A stretch of DNA of 64,000 nucleotides from Octopus vulgaris (lineage: Eukaryota). Positions within the stretch are counted from its first letter, which is position 1, and each line of letters opens with the position of its first letter. Positions 43,013 through 57,295 of this stretch are shown in pieces. The position numbers and the translations under genes were made by a program. The notes beneath the pieces are model-generated. The model did not search any database. It was not told where the DNA came from and worked only from the letters and a program-made list of their open reading frames with translations. The DNA lies in assembly GCA_951406725.2 (NCBI GenBank), contig OX597825.1:18848001-18912000 (forward strand), given 5' to 3'.

Positions 43013-43354
43013 ATAAGAAATATATATATATAGTTGGTAGTACCAATTATGTATAATTTTGAATCTGATGGAAGGTGAAATGCTGTTCAATGAAAATATC
43101 ATTGATATTTAAAATTATATCAGTACATCTATTTTTAATTACTGCAAATGAAATGACACAAAACAGCTTCTGTAACGAAAGTAACACTTTAATTATGAAG
43201 ACATAGACACGTTGAACAGAATTAATTCTATTGCGTCTCAAAATATTGGGTTAGACATTTAGAATGTGTTAACGTTGAATATGCTTATGCGTATTTTCCA
43301 TTGTGTACCAAAACGTTAACACATTAAAGACCAAATGATATTTAACTCTTTAAT

Positions 43355-43573
43355 ACTTTTACTCTTTTAATTGTTTCAGTCATTTGACTGTGGCCATGCT
43401 GGAGCACCGCCTTTAGTGGAGCAAATCGACCCCAGGACTTATTCTTTGTAAGCTTATTACTTATTTTATCGGTCTCTTCTGCCGAACCGCTAAGGTACAG
43501 TGACTTAAACACACCAGCATCGAATGTCAAGCGATGTTGGGGGGGACAAACCCAGACACAGAAATATATACAT

Positions 43574-43641
<68 letters not shown>

Positions 43642-43864
43642 AACGGTGGTGCATCAGCATGGCCGCAGCTCTGAGCTGAAACTAGAAAAGAAAAATATAT
43701 ATATATATACGACGGGCTTCTTTCAGTTTCCGTCTACCAAATCCACTCACAAGGCTTTGGGTGGCCCGAGGCTATAGTAGAAGACACTTACCCAAGGTGC
43801 CACGCAGTGGAACTGAACCCGGAACCATGTGGTTGATAAACAAGCTCCTTACCACACGGCCACT
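43355..43864 (-). mobile_element. SINE family B, near full length
   Basis: Family match; opposite-strand tail-like piece inside its microsatellite (~43645-43692). Confidence 0.9.
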
Positions 43865-44964
43865 GTGGATTTAAATTTCATGGTTATTACAATAACGATG
43901 TTGAATATCTACCAATATACGACAACTCGAGGAAAATAGATTAATATTTGAGATAGATTGTATATAAAACTGCTTCCTGCAGTTAAGGACCAGGTGGATA
44001 TATCTGCTTTCCAAAGGAAATAGAGTTAACATGTGCACAACACAACAAAAAATATACGTCAGCAAAGGTTAAAATTTATTCCAGGCAACAAATTTTATCG
44101 GTAACTCCACAGAAAGATGTAAATTACAGTTGCCCTAGTGAGGTTGAAAATTACAACGCGAAAGGATGTAACTAAATAATGATATACCTGTTGTCTTCAG
44201 CGATGTTTACTCATCACTCCCGTGTAAATGTACCAAAAAAGTACAGTACTCTATATATAACGATTTCTAACATTGACTGAAGGCTACAAAATATGTGGGA
44301 GATAATATATGTTGATTTAAATGTTCTGTCTGTAGATTATATACGAATGACATTATTAATAATGTCTCTCAAACAACAAACACCGTAAATTATGAAAATA
44401 TCAGTACAAAATATGGTCTCTTTTAATGTGTAATTTATTTTTAGTCTACATCTGTCTAGAAGTACGAAGCATTGATGTCATTACTTTAGCAACTTGTCTT
44501 GTAGTTTCTTATTTATCATTCTTAAAAATTTACGTATGTATATATTTCAGATATTTATCATAATTACCTATAATTAAAAAATGAAATGTAAGATTCTGTT
44601 CTTCTAATATCCTGAGGACAATGTATTTAACTTCGGCGTCAAGTCTGTTGAAATGAAATGATATATGTGACAAACACAACAATTCGCTTAGTTTATATTA
44701 TTTTCAGCTGACTTGAATGATCTATCATATTTTCCACCTGCTACCTATGCGGTTTTGCTGTTATTAAAATGTCTGCTGTTATAAGAACGTAGTCTGAAGT
44801 TAGTTATGTAGTGTTAAGTTAGTTATGTCAAATGCCAGATACCCAGACACCATACACCATACACAAATACACATCCGCCCATAAACACGTACATATATAT
44901 TCAGATAATGTGGCTATCACTGTCTTTGATTGGACAAACTACACGTTTTCAAGCACTCACAGAA

Positions 44965-45027
<63 letters not shown>

Positions 45028-45107
45028 GAGGCAGGCACATGAAAATGAATATATATAAATTCATATATATTTATATATATGAATATATAGACATGAATAT
45101 ATGAACA

Positions 45108-45153
<46 letters not shown>

Positions 45154-45195
45154 CTTACATCTCCGTGTGTGCATGCGTGTATATACACACATATA

Positions 45196-45329
<134 letters not shown>

Positions 45330-45665
45330 AAGAAAAAGGAATACTTCATTCTAAAAAGAACAGTAGATCTTTATATTCGCTGAGATGCTACAATTCAAAT
45401 ACCTGACAAATAGAGTCATCTATACATAGGTCAGAATCCACAAATATATTGTCACCTGTAAAACTGCTTTTTTCTATTTTTTTTTTTTCAGGCCATAACT
45501 AGATTCGCAAATTTTTCACAAATTTACTGTAAGTTATACGATGTGTTCTCATGAGCATACACTACACAACATGTTTGACCTCGTCGTCTCACTGGCGACG
45601 AGACATATACGACCACAACGATCGTTGGCCAAATTGATCCAGTCCACTACATATATATATATATA

Positions 45666-46051
45666 CTAGCAGTATCGCCCGGCGATGCTCGGTTTTGTAA
45701 GGGAAATAACTATATAAGCATTTTTAGAGAGTTATAGCAAAAAAAATGCATTAAAAATGGAATAAAAAATGATGGTAATTTTTTTTTTAATCGTTGACTC
45801 ATCGTAGACATTTTTAGAGAGTTACTTCCCTTATATAATAGCGAAAAATGCATTAAAATGGAAAAAATGATTGTAAATTATTTTCAAAATGATAGACTCA
45901 TCGTAGACGCGCGCTAATACCCAGAAGGGCTCGATATGAATCACGACTATAAGATACCCGGTTTTCGTTAAACTGCACCGCAAAATGTGGGAGTAGTTCG
46001 GAATCTAAATCATTGGAGACAGACACACAACTTCACTTTTATATATAAAGA
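45666..46051 (-). mobile_element. Non-autonomous Helitron-like element, copy 2
   Basis: Same TC...CTAG ends and A|T insertion site as 3688-4087. Confidence 0.8.
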
Positions 46052-46137
46052 TATTGTACAGTATTTTTTTTTCATTTCATCTAGTTTCAGCTCACGAGCT
46101 GTGGCCATGCTGGGGTACCGCCATTCTTTCATTTTTC

Positions 46138-46492
46138 TTTAAGTCTATTACATCGACCCCAGTGCGTACCCGGTGCTTATTTAATCGACCCCGAAAGAAT
46201 GAAAGGCAAAGTCGGCCTTGGCGGAATTTGAACTCAGAACGTAACGGCAGACGAAATACCTATTTCTTTACTACCCACAAGGGGCTACACGCAGAGGGGG
46301 CAAACAAGGACAGACAAACGGATTAAGTCGATTATATTGACCCCAGTGCGTAACTGGTACTTATTTAATCGACCCCGAAAGAATGAAAGGCAAAGTTGAC
46401 CTCGGCGGAATTTGAACTCAGGACGTAACGGCAGACGAAATACCGCTAAGCATTTCGCCCAGCGTGCTAACGATTCTGCCAGCTCGCCGCCT
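46138..46492 (-). mobile_element. SINE A dimer
   Basis: Junction at 46260/46261. Confidence 0.9.
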
Positions 46493-46739
46493 TATCGTTC
46501 AGCTTGCTTAAATTCGTTATGGGAAATGAGCTTCTTAAAACAAAACAAAACATAAAAAGATATCCACTTTCGCTATTGATGACGGTCAAGTAGACCTATT
46601 TCATAGATTAACTCACTATTGCTGGACGTGTTCAGAAACAATGTGTATATATGTGTACGTGCAGGGGAATTATACAGAAAAACCGTACACTTTCTCTGTA
46701 TATTTTATCATATCAAATTCTTTTTTTTTTTTTTTGGTG

Positions 46740-47040
46740 ACAGCACTTTATGCGTAGTGGCACTCTGCACCGTTCCTTGCAAAGGATCTTCTGATAGCAC
46801 TGAACAACAAAGACTTTGCTATTGGAGTAAAAACATGTGTTTTAGACTAAATCGGGGATGGGATCTTCAGGAGAGAATGTGCGTCCTGGGGTAGGCCCCA
46901 AAACGACACGGATTCTCTCCTGAAGACCTCATACATTAGCTGTCTTCCGGTATGCGGAGTTCTCCACAGGAAGCACTTGCATGTGCAAGTTGCTTGCAAG
47001 ACATTTGATGGAAAGAAACCAAAGGTGACTGTGTAAACCT
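46740..47040 (-). mobile_element. Possible decayed LINE ORF1/gag zinc-knuckle fragment
   Basis: Degenerate TCFYSNSK and GAECHYA CCHC-like remnants. Confidence 0.3.
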
Positions 47041-47044
47041 TAAT

Positions 47045-47268
47045 ACCGGTTTCAAATTTAGGAACAGCATCAAGGCCAGCAATTTCGGGGACCAGTCGAT
47101 TAAATCGACTCCAGAACTCAACAGGTACTTGACATATCAATTCCACTCCCCAAAATGGTGCGGGAGCAAAGTCGACCTCGGTGTAATTTGAACTCAGAAC
47201 GGAAGGACGTACGAAATGCCGCTAAGCATTTCACCCGGCGTGCTAACGATTCTGTCAGCTTGCCACCT
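47045..47268 (-). mobile_element. Old SINE A monomer
   Basis: Head plus old-type tail. Confidence 0.8.
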
Positions 47269-47370
47269 AGTGTGTAAACGCTAAAATATACGACTTGTAT
47301 TCTTTCCTGTTTATGTACGTGCTGAAGAACCATTATGTTCTCTCTTTCATATCTTATACGTTTCGTTTTA

Positions 47371-47410
<40 letters not shown>

Positions 47411-47482
47411 GAAATTTCTCCATATGATTTTTGATATGCCTTTCTAATTATTCTCTTTAGCTACTCTATTAAAATTTCCATA

Positions 47483-47645
47483 GGCGTAGGAGTGGCCGTG
47501 TGGTAAATAGCTTGCTTACGAACCACATGGTTCCGGGTTCAGTCTCACTGCGTGCCACCTTGGACAAGTATCTTCTACTATAGCCTCTGGCCGACGAAAT
47601 CCTTGTGAGTGGATTTGTTAGACGGAAACTGAAAGAAGCCTGTCG

Positions 47646-47733
<88 letters not shown>

Positions 47734-47922
47734 GTCCCCCCAACATCGCTTGACGACCGATACTGGTGTGTTTACGTCCCCGTGACTTAGCGGTTCGGCA
47801 AAAGAGACAAAGAAAAATTACTATGCTTACAAAGAATAAGTCCTGGGGTCGATTTGCTCGACTAAAGGCGGTGCTCCAGTATGGCCACAGTCAAATGACT
47901 GAAACAAGTAAAAGAGTAAAAG
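47483..47922 (+). mobile_element. SINE family B, full length
   Basis: Family match. Confidence 0.9.
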
Positions 47923-48072
47923 TGATATTTGCAAGTAATTGTAAAATATTTCACTTTCTTAGTTTAACCTTCATTCTTTTTGACTATTCGTGTATTATAT
48001 TTCCCTCATTCTATTCCACAAATTATATTTAACAATTTCCATGCGATTTTATTCTTATTTTTAGAATGTTGC

Positions 48073-48113
<41 letters not shown>

Positions 48114-48132
48114 ATCATTATTATTATTATTA

Positions 48133-48163
<31 letters not shown>

Positions 48164-48186
48164 CATTTATTATTATTATTATTATA

Positions 48187-48268
<82 letters not shown>

Positions 48269-48281
48269 TTTATTATTGTTA

Positions 48282-48343
<62 letters not shown>

Positions 48344-48365
48344 GTAATTATTGTTATTGTTATTA

Positions 48366-48429
<64 letters not shown>

Positions 48430-48430
48430 C
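48073..48430. repeat. (ATT)n microsatellite
   Basis: Direct reading. Confidence 0.95.
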
Positions 48431-49270
48431 TTTGTCTTTGTTCCCCCATGTCATTATTAATAAATGGTTACACCTTATCCTTAGCAATTTTTACAATAGA
48501 TGATATGCCAGTTTAATAAACTTTAGAAATTAATATTTTGATTACGTTTTTTTTTTCTTTCTCGCATTTATGACTTCTAAAATAAGTTTTCGCCTCTTTA
48601 ATTAAGAACTTAAAATCCACGCTTCCATATTACGCTTTCTTTTCCTTTTCCTCTTCCTGTCAACTTACGATTTTTCTTCTGATTTAATTATTTGTTAATT
48701 ACTAATATCCCTATGCTTTTCCTCCACTTAGTCAAGAACGTTGTTCCTTATTTACTTGTCGTATTATTAATATTTATTAACTTAGTGATATCAACTTAAA
48801 ACTTATTGAGTTATTCTTCATTTAATGGTTCAGTAGTTATTTACTAAATAACAATAATAGCAATTATAATTATTCACTTAGAACGCACTGGTAGTTTTAT
48901 TTTCTATTAATTTATGCATATAATAATTTTATTTGCATTCCTGATTTAATTACTCTATCATTTAATTGTTTATTTGCTCTATTATCATTCAATTAAGAAA
49001 ATTATCTGTTTTATTGCATAATAATAATTTATCTATTCATTAACTGAGAAATCTAAAGAGTCTTTCCTGATTCAACAGTTGAATAATTTTTCACTAAATA
49101 ACAATAAATACATATTTATATATATTTGCATTCACTTAAAACTCTATTACAAAAACATCTATTCTGTAAGAACCTCCTAATTAATTAATTAATCTGTTTT
49201 TAACAAGATTCAGTATAATTTCAATATAGTATTCGGTGAAGGTATGCAGATATTTTGAAAATATTTTGAG

Positions 49271-49519
49271 TTTTTTTCGTATTTAAAAAGGTGAAACAAA
49301 GTGAAATTTTAAGGTTTTTCAAAGCTTTATATGTGCCTTTGATACATAAATAACCTATTCAAAATCTATCATACCCAATAATGCACAACTCAAAGACATA
49401 GAAATATTTTAGATATACGCTTTCATCTCTTAAGTGAAAGGGATACGGGTATAGGTGATAAAAACATCAAAATGTTTATCCATTAATACCGAGATATGGG
49501 GAAGATATATAAACAAATA
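49271..49519 (+). repeat. ~250-bp direct repeat, copy 1
   Basis: Nearly identical to 51801-52051. Confidence 0.95.
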
Positions 49520-49984
49520 GTTTGGGGTTACATTTTGGTAAGGCATATCACCTGTTCAGCCACCCTACCAAGGATACCGCGACCTCATGGGACTGCAGCA
49601 AGGCAGATTGTGAAGGGGAGGCAGTAGAGCTCAGCTGAGCCAACTGTGCTTTCTTACATTGACGCTGAGTGGAGAATCCAAGGCCAACAGTCAGGATTAT
49701 GCCGCTCTATCGAAAGAGCAACTGCAATTCGTCTACAGGGGTGGTGTCCAGGTTTGCGTATGAAGCTAACGAAAGGCTCACCACGATGCAAGCTGTCACT
49801 TCAAATAGAATTGGGTGATGACAGTGTCACAGGAATCGGTGTGCATCTTACACAATGATGATATACTGTAAAAAATCCCACCACTTCGGTATTAGACTCG
49901 AGAAAGCATCTTATATAGAGGTATAGCACCGTAAAGCAGAGAAGAATGCCATTAGGAAACGAAAATCATTCATATATACAGGGA

Positions 49985-50280
49985 ACACTCCGTCGGTTAC
50001 GACGACGAGGGTCCCAGCTGATGTGCTCAACAGAACAGCTTGCTCGTGAAATTAACGTTCAAGTGGCTGAGCACTCCACAGACACGTGTGTCCTTAACGT
50101 AGGTCTCAATGAAATTCAGTGTGACACAGAGTGGGACTAGGTTGGCCGTTTGAAATACAGGTACGACTGAAGCAATGTGAAATGAAGTTTCTTGCTCAAG
50201 GACACAACACATCACCGGGAATTGAAGTCATAACCTTACGATCATGACCCGATTTCCCTATCCATTAAGCCATATACCTG
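49985..50280 (-). mobile_element. SINE sharing the 3' module of the 1688-2072 element but with a different tRNA head
   Basis: CACTCCGTCGGTTACGACGA matches the reverse complement of 2048-2067; head has a TCCTTGAGCAAG CORE-like motif. Confidence 0.8.
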
Positions 50281-50305
50281 CGTATATACACATACACACA
50301 CACGT

Positions 50306-50337
<32 letters not shown>

Positions 50338-50339
<2 letters not shown>

Positions 50340-50997
50340 TTCTTTACTACCCACAAGGGGCTAAACACACAGGGGACAAACAAGGACAGACAAAGGGATC
50401 AAGTCGACTACATCGACCCCAGTGCGTAACTGGTACTTAATTTATCGAAAGGATGAAAGGCAAAGTCGACCTCGGCGGAATTTGAACTCGGAACGTAACA
50501 ACAGACGAAATACGGCTACGAATTTCGCCCGGCGTGCTAACGTTTCTACCAGCTCGCCGCCTTCACACACACATATATCGGGACAGGCGTGGCTGTGTGG
50601 TAAGAAGCTTCCTTCCCAACCACATGATTACGTGTTCAGTCCCACTGCGTAGCACCTTGCACAAGTATCTTCCACTATAGCCTCGGGTCGGCCAAAGCCT
50701 TGTGAGTGGATGTGGTACACGGAAACTGAAGGAAGTCATAGCAACGTATATATATATGTATACATATATATTTTTTCTTTTATATATGTATATATTTGTG
50801 TGTCTGTGTCTACCCACCACCATTTGATAACCGATGTTGGTGTGTTTACATCCCCGTAACTTAGTGGCTCGACAAAAGTAATCGATAGAATTACAAAGGT
50901 TTACAAAGTATATAAATCCTGGGGTCGATTTGTTCGTGTAAAGGTGGTGTTCCAGCATGGCAGCAGACAAATAACTGAAACCAATAAAAGAACAAAA

Positions 50998-51000
<3 letters not shown>
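50338..51000. mobile_element. SINE A (50338-50562, -) and SINE B (50586-51000, +), head to head
   Basis: Family matches. Confidence 0.88.
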
Positions 51001-51034
<34 letters not shown>

Positions 51035-51083
51035 CATATATATGTGTGTGTGTGTGTAATTGCGTGTGTGATTGTGTGTGTGT

Positions 51084-51159
<76 letters not shown>

Positions 51160-51800
51160 AAATATATGCATCTATACACTGGGAAATAAAAATTCAGCTG
51201 AGTTCCATATATACATTACTATGACTTGCATAATACAAAATAGTTGAGTGTTATAAGTATTGAGAAGTATTGTTTAGTAAAAGCTGAGATGAACAAAGTT
51301 CGTTGGAAAAGTACAGCTGCCTTTCAGTAACATAATAGTGTATGCTACTTTCTTATTTTTTCACGTATTCATTGTCATGACCTTCACAATGAAATCACAA
51401 ACGGCTCAGTCTAACCACACTAACATCACTCTGTTTACATAGCTGTACGTATCTCTTCTTGAATGTATGTATTTTGTTTTATATCTTGAAAGCGAAATTA
51501 TATATCGATATGCATGTTCATATATTCGTAGATACAAGGAAAATATTATAACTTCAGTCAATATATTTTCTTGAAGTGTAGAAACTGTGTTTGCGTATGT
51601 TGTAGGAAACATGAGAATGTTGATAAACCTTGAAGTTGTTTACAAATGTTCTGCAATGCCATCACCTGCTATACGTGAAAAATCAAAACGAATATATCTG
51701 TAGCGCTGCAGAATAGAAATTCAGTTCGTATTCCCACCGAGTAATTTCTAAATACATAATCTCGGATTGTCGATAAATATTTCTCGGCTAAAATATCAGA

Positions 51801-52051
51801 TTTTTTTCGTATATAAAAAGGTGAAACAAAGTGAAATTTTAAGGTTTTTCAAAGCTTTATATGTACCTTTGATACATAAATAACCTATTCAAAATCTATC
51901 ATACCCAATAATGCAAAACTCAGAGACATAGAAATATTTTAGATATACGCTTTCATCTCTTAAGTGAAAGGGATACGGGTATAGGTGATAAAAACATCAA
52001 AATGTTTATCCATTAATACCGAGATATGGGGAAGATATATATAAACAAATA
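51801..52051 (+). repeat. ~250-bp direct repeat, copy 2
   Basis: Nearly identical to 49271-49519. Confidence 0.95.
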
Positions 52052-52399
52052 ATAAATATTACCCAAAATATATATGGGCCTGCTTAGATATGGTGAATAT
52101 CAACACAAATATGTATAATATATAAATCACCTCTGAGATAAGTCTCTGAATAGCTTTTTTTTTTCCTTAAAAGAAACATATACATGCCTGTGCAATATAA
52201 CACTGAATAAATATCTCCGAGCAACTGCACAAATTTTAATGTGATAAGATCAACATACAGAAATAGACACAAATGAAATAATATTAACGAAACTAACTAG
52301 ATGTAAAATTCTCATAATTTTAATGAATACGAATATATTGTTTATATTGGCTTATATCGGTTATGCAAGCTACTCGGGATGTTCAAAGTATAATGCTTC

Positions 52400-52990
52400 C
52401 ACTGTGGCTTCATACCCAGACTATAGTGGCCATTTTTGCATTGCGGTTTTGCCATGAGACAACGGAGAAGCCGTGCAGCAAGTTCTTGCTATCCTGTCAT
52501 GCAAAAACAAATCTTCGTGGTCGAACTCCTGTTCCCTGAGAGAAAATATTCTCAAATTCCCACCAGGTAAAGAAAACGAAGTCAGAGCTTAGTCGATGAG
52601 GCACTTGCCAAGGGATGTCTTGCGGCCTCCGTCCCCATTGAAGTCGGCAGTCTCGGCCTTCTAGCTAGATAAGTGTGGCTTCCTCCTGGAGATAGGTCTG
52701 GACTGCTGAAGAAAGCCATCAAAAAGAAAGGCACGGCAGCTGAAACTAGCTCAAGGTGGTTATGGTTGTTGAGAGACCGCAAGTAGGTGAAGACTAGTTA
52801 AGTCTACACTGCTCCAGTTAGGTGCTATGTACAGGATAGGATACCCTGAGACACCTGCAGACATACGGAAGGGTTTCCAGCATAGCCATGGATTCAACTT
52901 ATTGGTTACTGAAGGGAAGGTTCGTTCTTGGAATAATTTGATTTAGTATTTCTTATTGAATTTTCCCTGTAAGTTTGGAATAATATTCCC
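52400..52990 (+). mobile_element. Decayed HERO/R2-group LINE 3' fragment ending at (ATT)n
   Basis: FVVEL..VP, VPIEVGSLG and AAETSSRWLWL restriction-like endonuclease C-terminal motifs. Confidence 0.7.
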
Positions 52991-52993
52991 TCA

Positions 52994-53096
<103 letters not shown>

Positions 53097-53654
53097 ATGA
53101 CAGAGGTAGTATTGATATCGAGAGGTAGTATTTACCCCCACTGAAAAAAAGTTATTACATATTCTTTGCACCTTCTTTGATTAAAAACTCAAACAACCAA
53201 TCGCTTAACTTCTTCTGGAAAGAATTGCAGCAGACCACAAAGAGCACACCACATGTATTGCAGGAACACAGGGGCTTCTTATTAGGAATTGTATGACACA
53301 ATAAATTCTGAACTTAGCATAAAGTAGAAATATGGACTAACGGAGGAGTATCATGGACTACTTCGAAAAGAAATGCAAAATGTGAGAATGCAATTATTTT
53401 CCTTTCCTGGTGGTCTTCAAACTATGAAAGAAAATAGTGTAGTTTGTAATAAAATCATGAGAGATATAGGATGTAAATTACCAGAATCCAAAATACGTAT
53501 ATAAATGGTTTCTTTTACAGGATGCATTTCTTTTACTTCATTTATATCGCTTATAAGATAAACTAAGCAATGTTCATCACACAATATCATCGTTTGTTTT
53601 ATTTATTTATAAAGAATCAATATATTTTAAAATGTCCTATATATGTATCATACT

Positions 53655-54076
53655 CTTCTACTCTTTTACTTGTTTCAGTCATTTGACTGTGGCCATGTTT
53701 GAGCACCGCCTTTAGTCGAGCAAATCGATCCCAGAACTTATTCTTTGGAAGCCTAGTACTTATTATATCGGTGTCTTTTGCCGAAACGCTAAGTGACGAG
53801 GACGTAAACACACCAGCATCGGTTGTCAAGCGATGTTGGGGGCGGGGACAAATACGGAAACACAGACACATAAGCACACATACACACACACACATATATA
53901 TATACATATATACGACGGGCTTCTTTCAGCTTCCGTCTACCAAATCCACTCACAAGGCTTTGGTCGGCCCGAGGTCATAGTAGAAGACATCAGCCCAAGG
54001 TGCCATGCAGTGGGACTGAACCCGGAACAATGTGATTTGTAAGCAAGCTACTTACCACACAGCCACTCCTACGCCT
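53655..54076 (-). mobile_element. SINE family B, full length
   Basis: Family match. Confidence 0.92.
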
Positions 54077-54299
54077 ATTATACTGTTAATTATTCTAACT
54101 CAAATTTTACCTTGTTTTTTTCTTTTTGAAGTTTTTATTTGTGACAGGAGACAAATCGTAAATTTACTGAATTCCAATTTTTTTTTATACACATCGACCC
54201 ACTTTAATTTGTTTTACATGTAAGATTTCTCTGATTATTTTAAATGAAACACTTTCACATTTCAGTTCCTGGAATATTTTCTAAAACCAATGCGGCTCC

Positions 54300-54505
54300 C
54301 CGGAAGGATCGCAAACACACTGGGCAAAATACTTAGCGGCATTTCGTTCGTCCTTTCGAATTCAGTTCAGATTCCGCAGAGATCCACTTTGCCTTCCATT
54401 CTTTAGGGATCGATAAAATAAGTACAAGTTGAACACTGAGATCGATGCAATCCACTCATCACTTCCACCAAAATTGCTGGCATTGTGCCAAAACTTGCAA
54501 GCAAT
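54300..54505 (+). mobile_element. Old SINE A monomer
   Basis: Diverged family match, old tail. Confidence 0.75.
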
Positions 54506-55559
54506 ATTTTTTAAAACCCGAATCTTGAATATATAATTTCGCGAAAGTTAGTCATAAAGCCAGAAGCCTCATATTTATTAAGGATGATGAATGTGATTCT
54601 GTGACGTTCATGCCTTTATCTGATATCGATTACAAACGTCCTTTCTAATTTTTGACAATTCCCGTATTTAAAATATTCTTTTAGTATTTGCATGCGCATT
54701 GCTCATTGAGCATAACTTTTGTGAAATATAATTCACACGTTAAACAGTGATAGATTTTGTTTCCGTAAGCAATTATTTCAGAGTAAAAAATGACACCCGT
54801 AAACGCTATCTGAATAACACAGATTTTTTTCATCGACTAAAATAATGAATTTTAAAATTTTAACGAAAGCTCATTTATACGTTGACAGTCGCAGATCGGT
54901 TTAAAAATATTAATGTATTTTGAACACGGAAAGGAAGTTTATAGTTTTCGTAGAAATTATAGTTATTAATGTTAATTAACTTTAAAATAATTACTCGTTG
55001 ATATACCACTTAGGATTTTCTGAAGAAAAAAACCAATTAATTTCCTTGTAAAAATCATCGATTTCTAGAGTGTTCAATAATAAACAGCCCCAAAAGTTGA
55101 ACTGATAAATGTCAAGACTAACATACAAATGTCGACACACACTCGTGATTCATCGTGTCCTTGGTCAATTAATTCACCTTTGAACACTCGTGTGAACAGA
55201 GTTTAAAAGGAGGAAGAAGTGATCGCTACAGATTTAGCAGATTCACTTTCATATTTGTGTTTTGTTAAATTTAAGAGTGAAGAATTGAAATTCTATACAA
55301 TGCAATAAATTGTAGCAGCTATATCCCTCACAAACAATTGCTGACCGTCAAAAGTCGCTCACATTTTGCGGTTGCATAAATCGCTATTAACGAACAACCA
55401 GCGATATCACAATCACGAAGTTGCTACACACTTAGTTTCATATTCCATTGGCGAAGAATTCGAAGAATATCGTATACTATTATTCTATTTGTAAATGGAT
55501 CTAGACCAGGTAAATGTGATTTCCAAGGAATGGCCAGCGTATGAGAAATATCAATATAT

Positions 55560-55775
55560 TGGCTTCAGATTTTTTCACAAGGCCAGAAAGTTTGGGGGCA
55601 GGGCTAAGTCGATTACATCGACCACATTATTCAACTGGTACTTATTTTATCGATCTCGAAATGATGAAAGGCCAAGTCAACTTCCACGGAATTTGAACAC
55701 AGAACGTAAAGACGGACAAAATGCTACTAAACATTTAGCCAAGCGGGCTAAAGATTCCGTTAACTGGCCGTCTTA
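55560..55775 (-). mobile_element. Old SINE A monomer
   Basis: Diverged family match, old tail. Confidence 0.8.
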
Positions 55776-57295
55776 GATATATTAAAATATCAACTAAAAT
55801 CACTATTTCACATCCGACCCGTTTCAAGAAACGCTCTGTGAAATTTAATTCTGGATGTAGAAAACTTTAAGATCTAGGTTGGAACACAGATTTCTCTGAT
55901 AAAAAATTATCCGTGGAGCAAAACAACAGCAAAATCCATATCTTTAGATCTACGGTTGATATGTAAATGAAAGTTAAGCTATACTACTGAGACTACGACG
56001 GGATTTTGAATCAGTTCAGTATTTATACACATTTCACGCTGGGACATAACTTGCTACCGTTTATTTTATCATTCTGGATACAAAGAAATATTTATTTATG
56101 CATATATATTATCGTTGTAGTCACGATTGAATTTCAATGTATGCATGGCATCGTTTCCATATACACGATGCAGTAATATTTGCTTTGATCTCAATTTTCT
56201 TCACCTTTTCGGGTCCAAAGTAATATTTCATAGTAAAATATTTCACGTCAACGCTTAACGCATCGCATAATTTCCTAAACTGCAAATGCATCCCTAAAAT
56301 GATGCACTGAGATACTTTACTGATTTTAGTTTCATCACTGTAGTAATAATATTCTTACCAATTTTACACCTGAACATACTCTCTAAGCCTTTTAACTCGG
56401 TACTTCCACACTTAACAGGAGATATTAACACATTTTATTCTGAGATTTGCATTCTATCCACTCAATACAACGAAATATTAATATTAGATTTGAAGAGAAA
56501 TATTTTATGATTGCTAGTATCGAAATGTTCTTTCTTCCACACAGCGAAGACGTGTGTATCAATAATTCCCCTGTATATCTGATTCCTCTATGTGCTGCAT
56601 CAATCATCGATACATATTTTAAGTTTTGACTTGATATTTTATTGTGCAGTAAGATGATACACTATCACATTTTCCCATTGAAATCCTTTCAATTCACAAT
56701 ATGCAGTAACATATGTACATATATTATAAGACTATGTACGAAACTTGACACTAATTTCATTCAAAACGGTATAATTTGTGTTGATGTAAGATAGAAAATA
56801 CAAACAGCATTTCTGAACAAAATCTACATTATTTATGTAAACACATGATGATTGTAGATTTTTATTGAATAACGTTTCAGCGTTACACTTCCGATGTTCT
56901 AGACATAATAGCTTTCATTTATGCATCTATTACATTTTGCTTTCTCATTTCTTTTTACTCCGATACATGCTGGAATATTTCATATGATATCTTGATTTCC
57001 ATACACTAATAGTTAAGAAATATTTCAACTCAGTTTATCCTTACAGATTGATTCAATGGATAGATCGGACGTTTGTTTTCGATGCAATTCAATGCAACCC
57101 GTATACCAAGAACACGATGATCGTCCGATTAATTTGAAATAATTATAAATATAATTTTCAGTGAACTATATTTACAGTACAGCTGGTAAGCCCAACAATA
57201 ACTGCATTGTTTTACCTGACAAAATGCATAATCAGATAGATGGGAGGAGAAAGATCGTCCTGTTCATTAGAAAACCGGCACATAAGCGCCCCATA

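Noticed and set aside
57162-57191. 24-nt micro-exon (TTTTCAG...CTG|GTAAGC)
   Set aside because: Such site pairs arise by chance in AT-rich DNA; there are no supporting exons.
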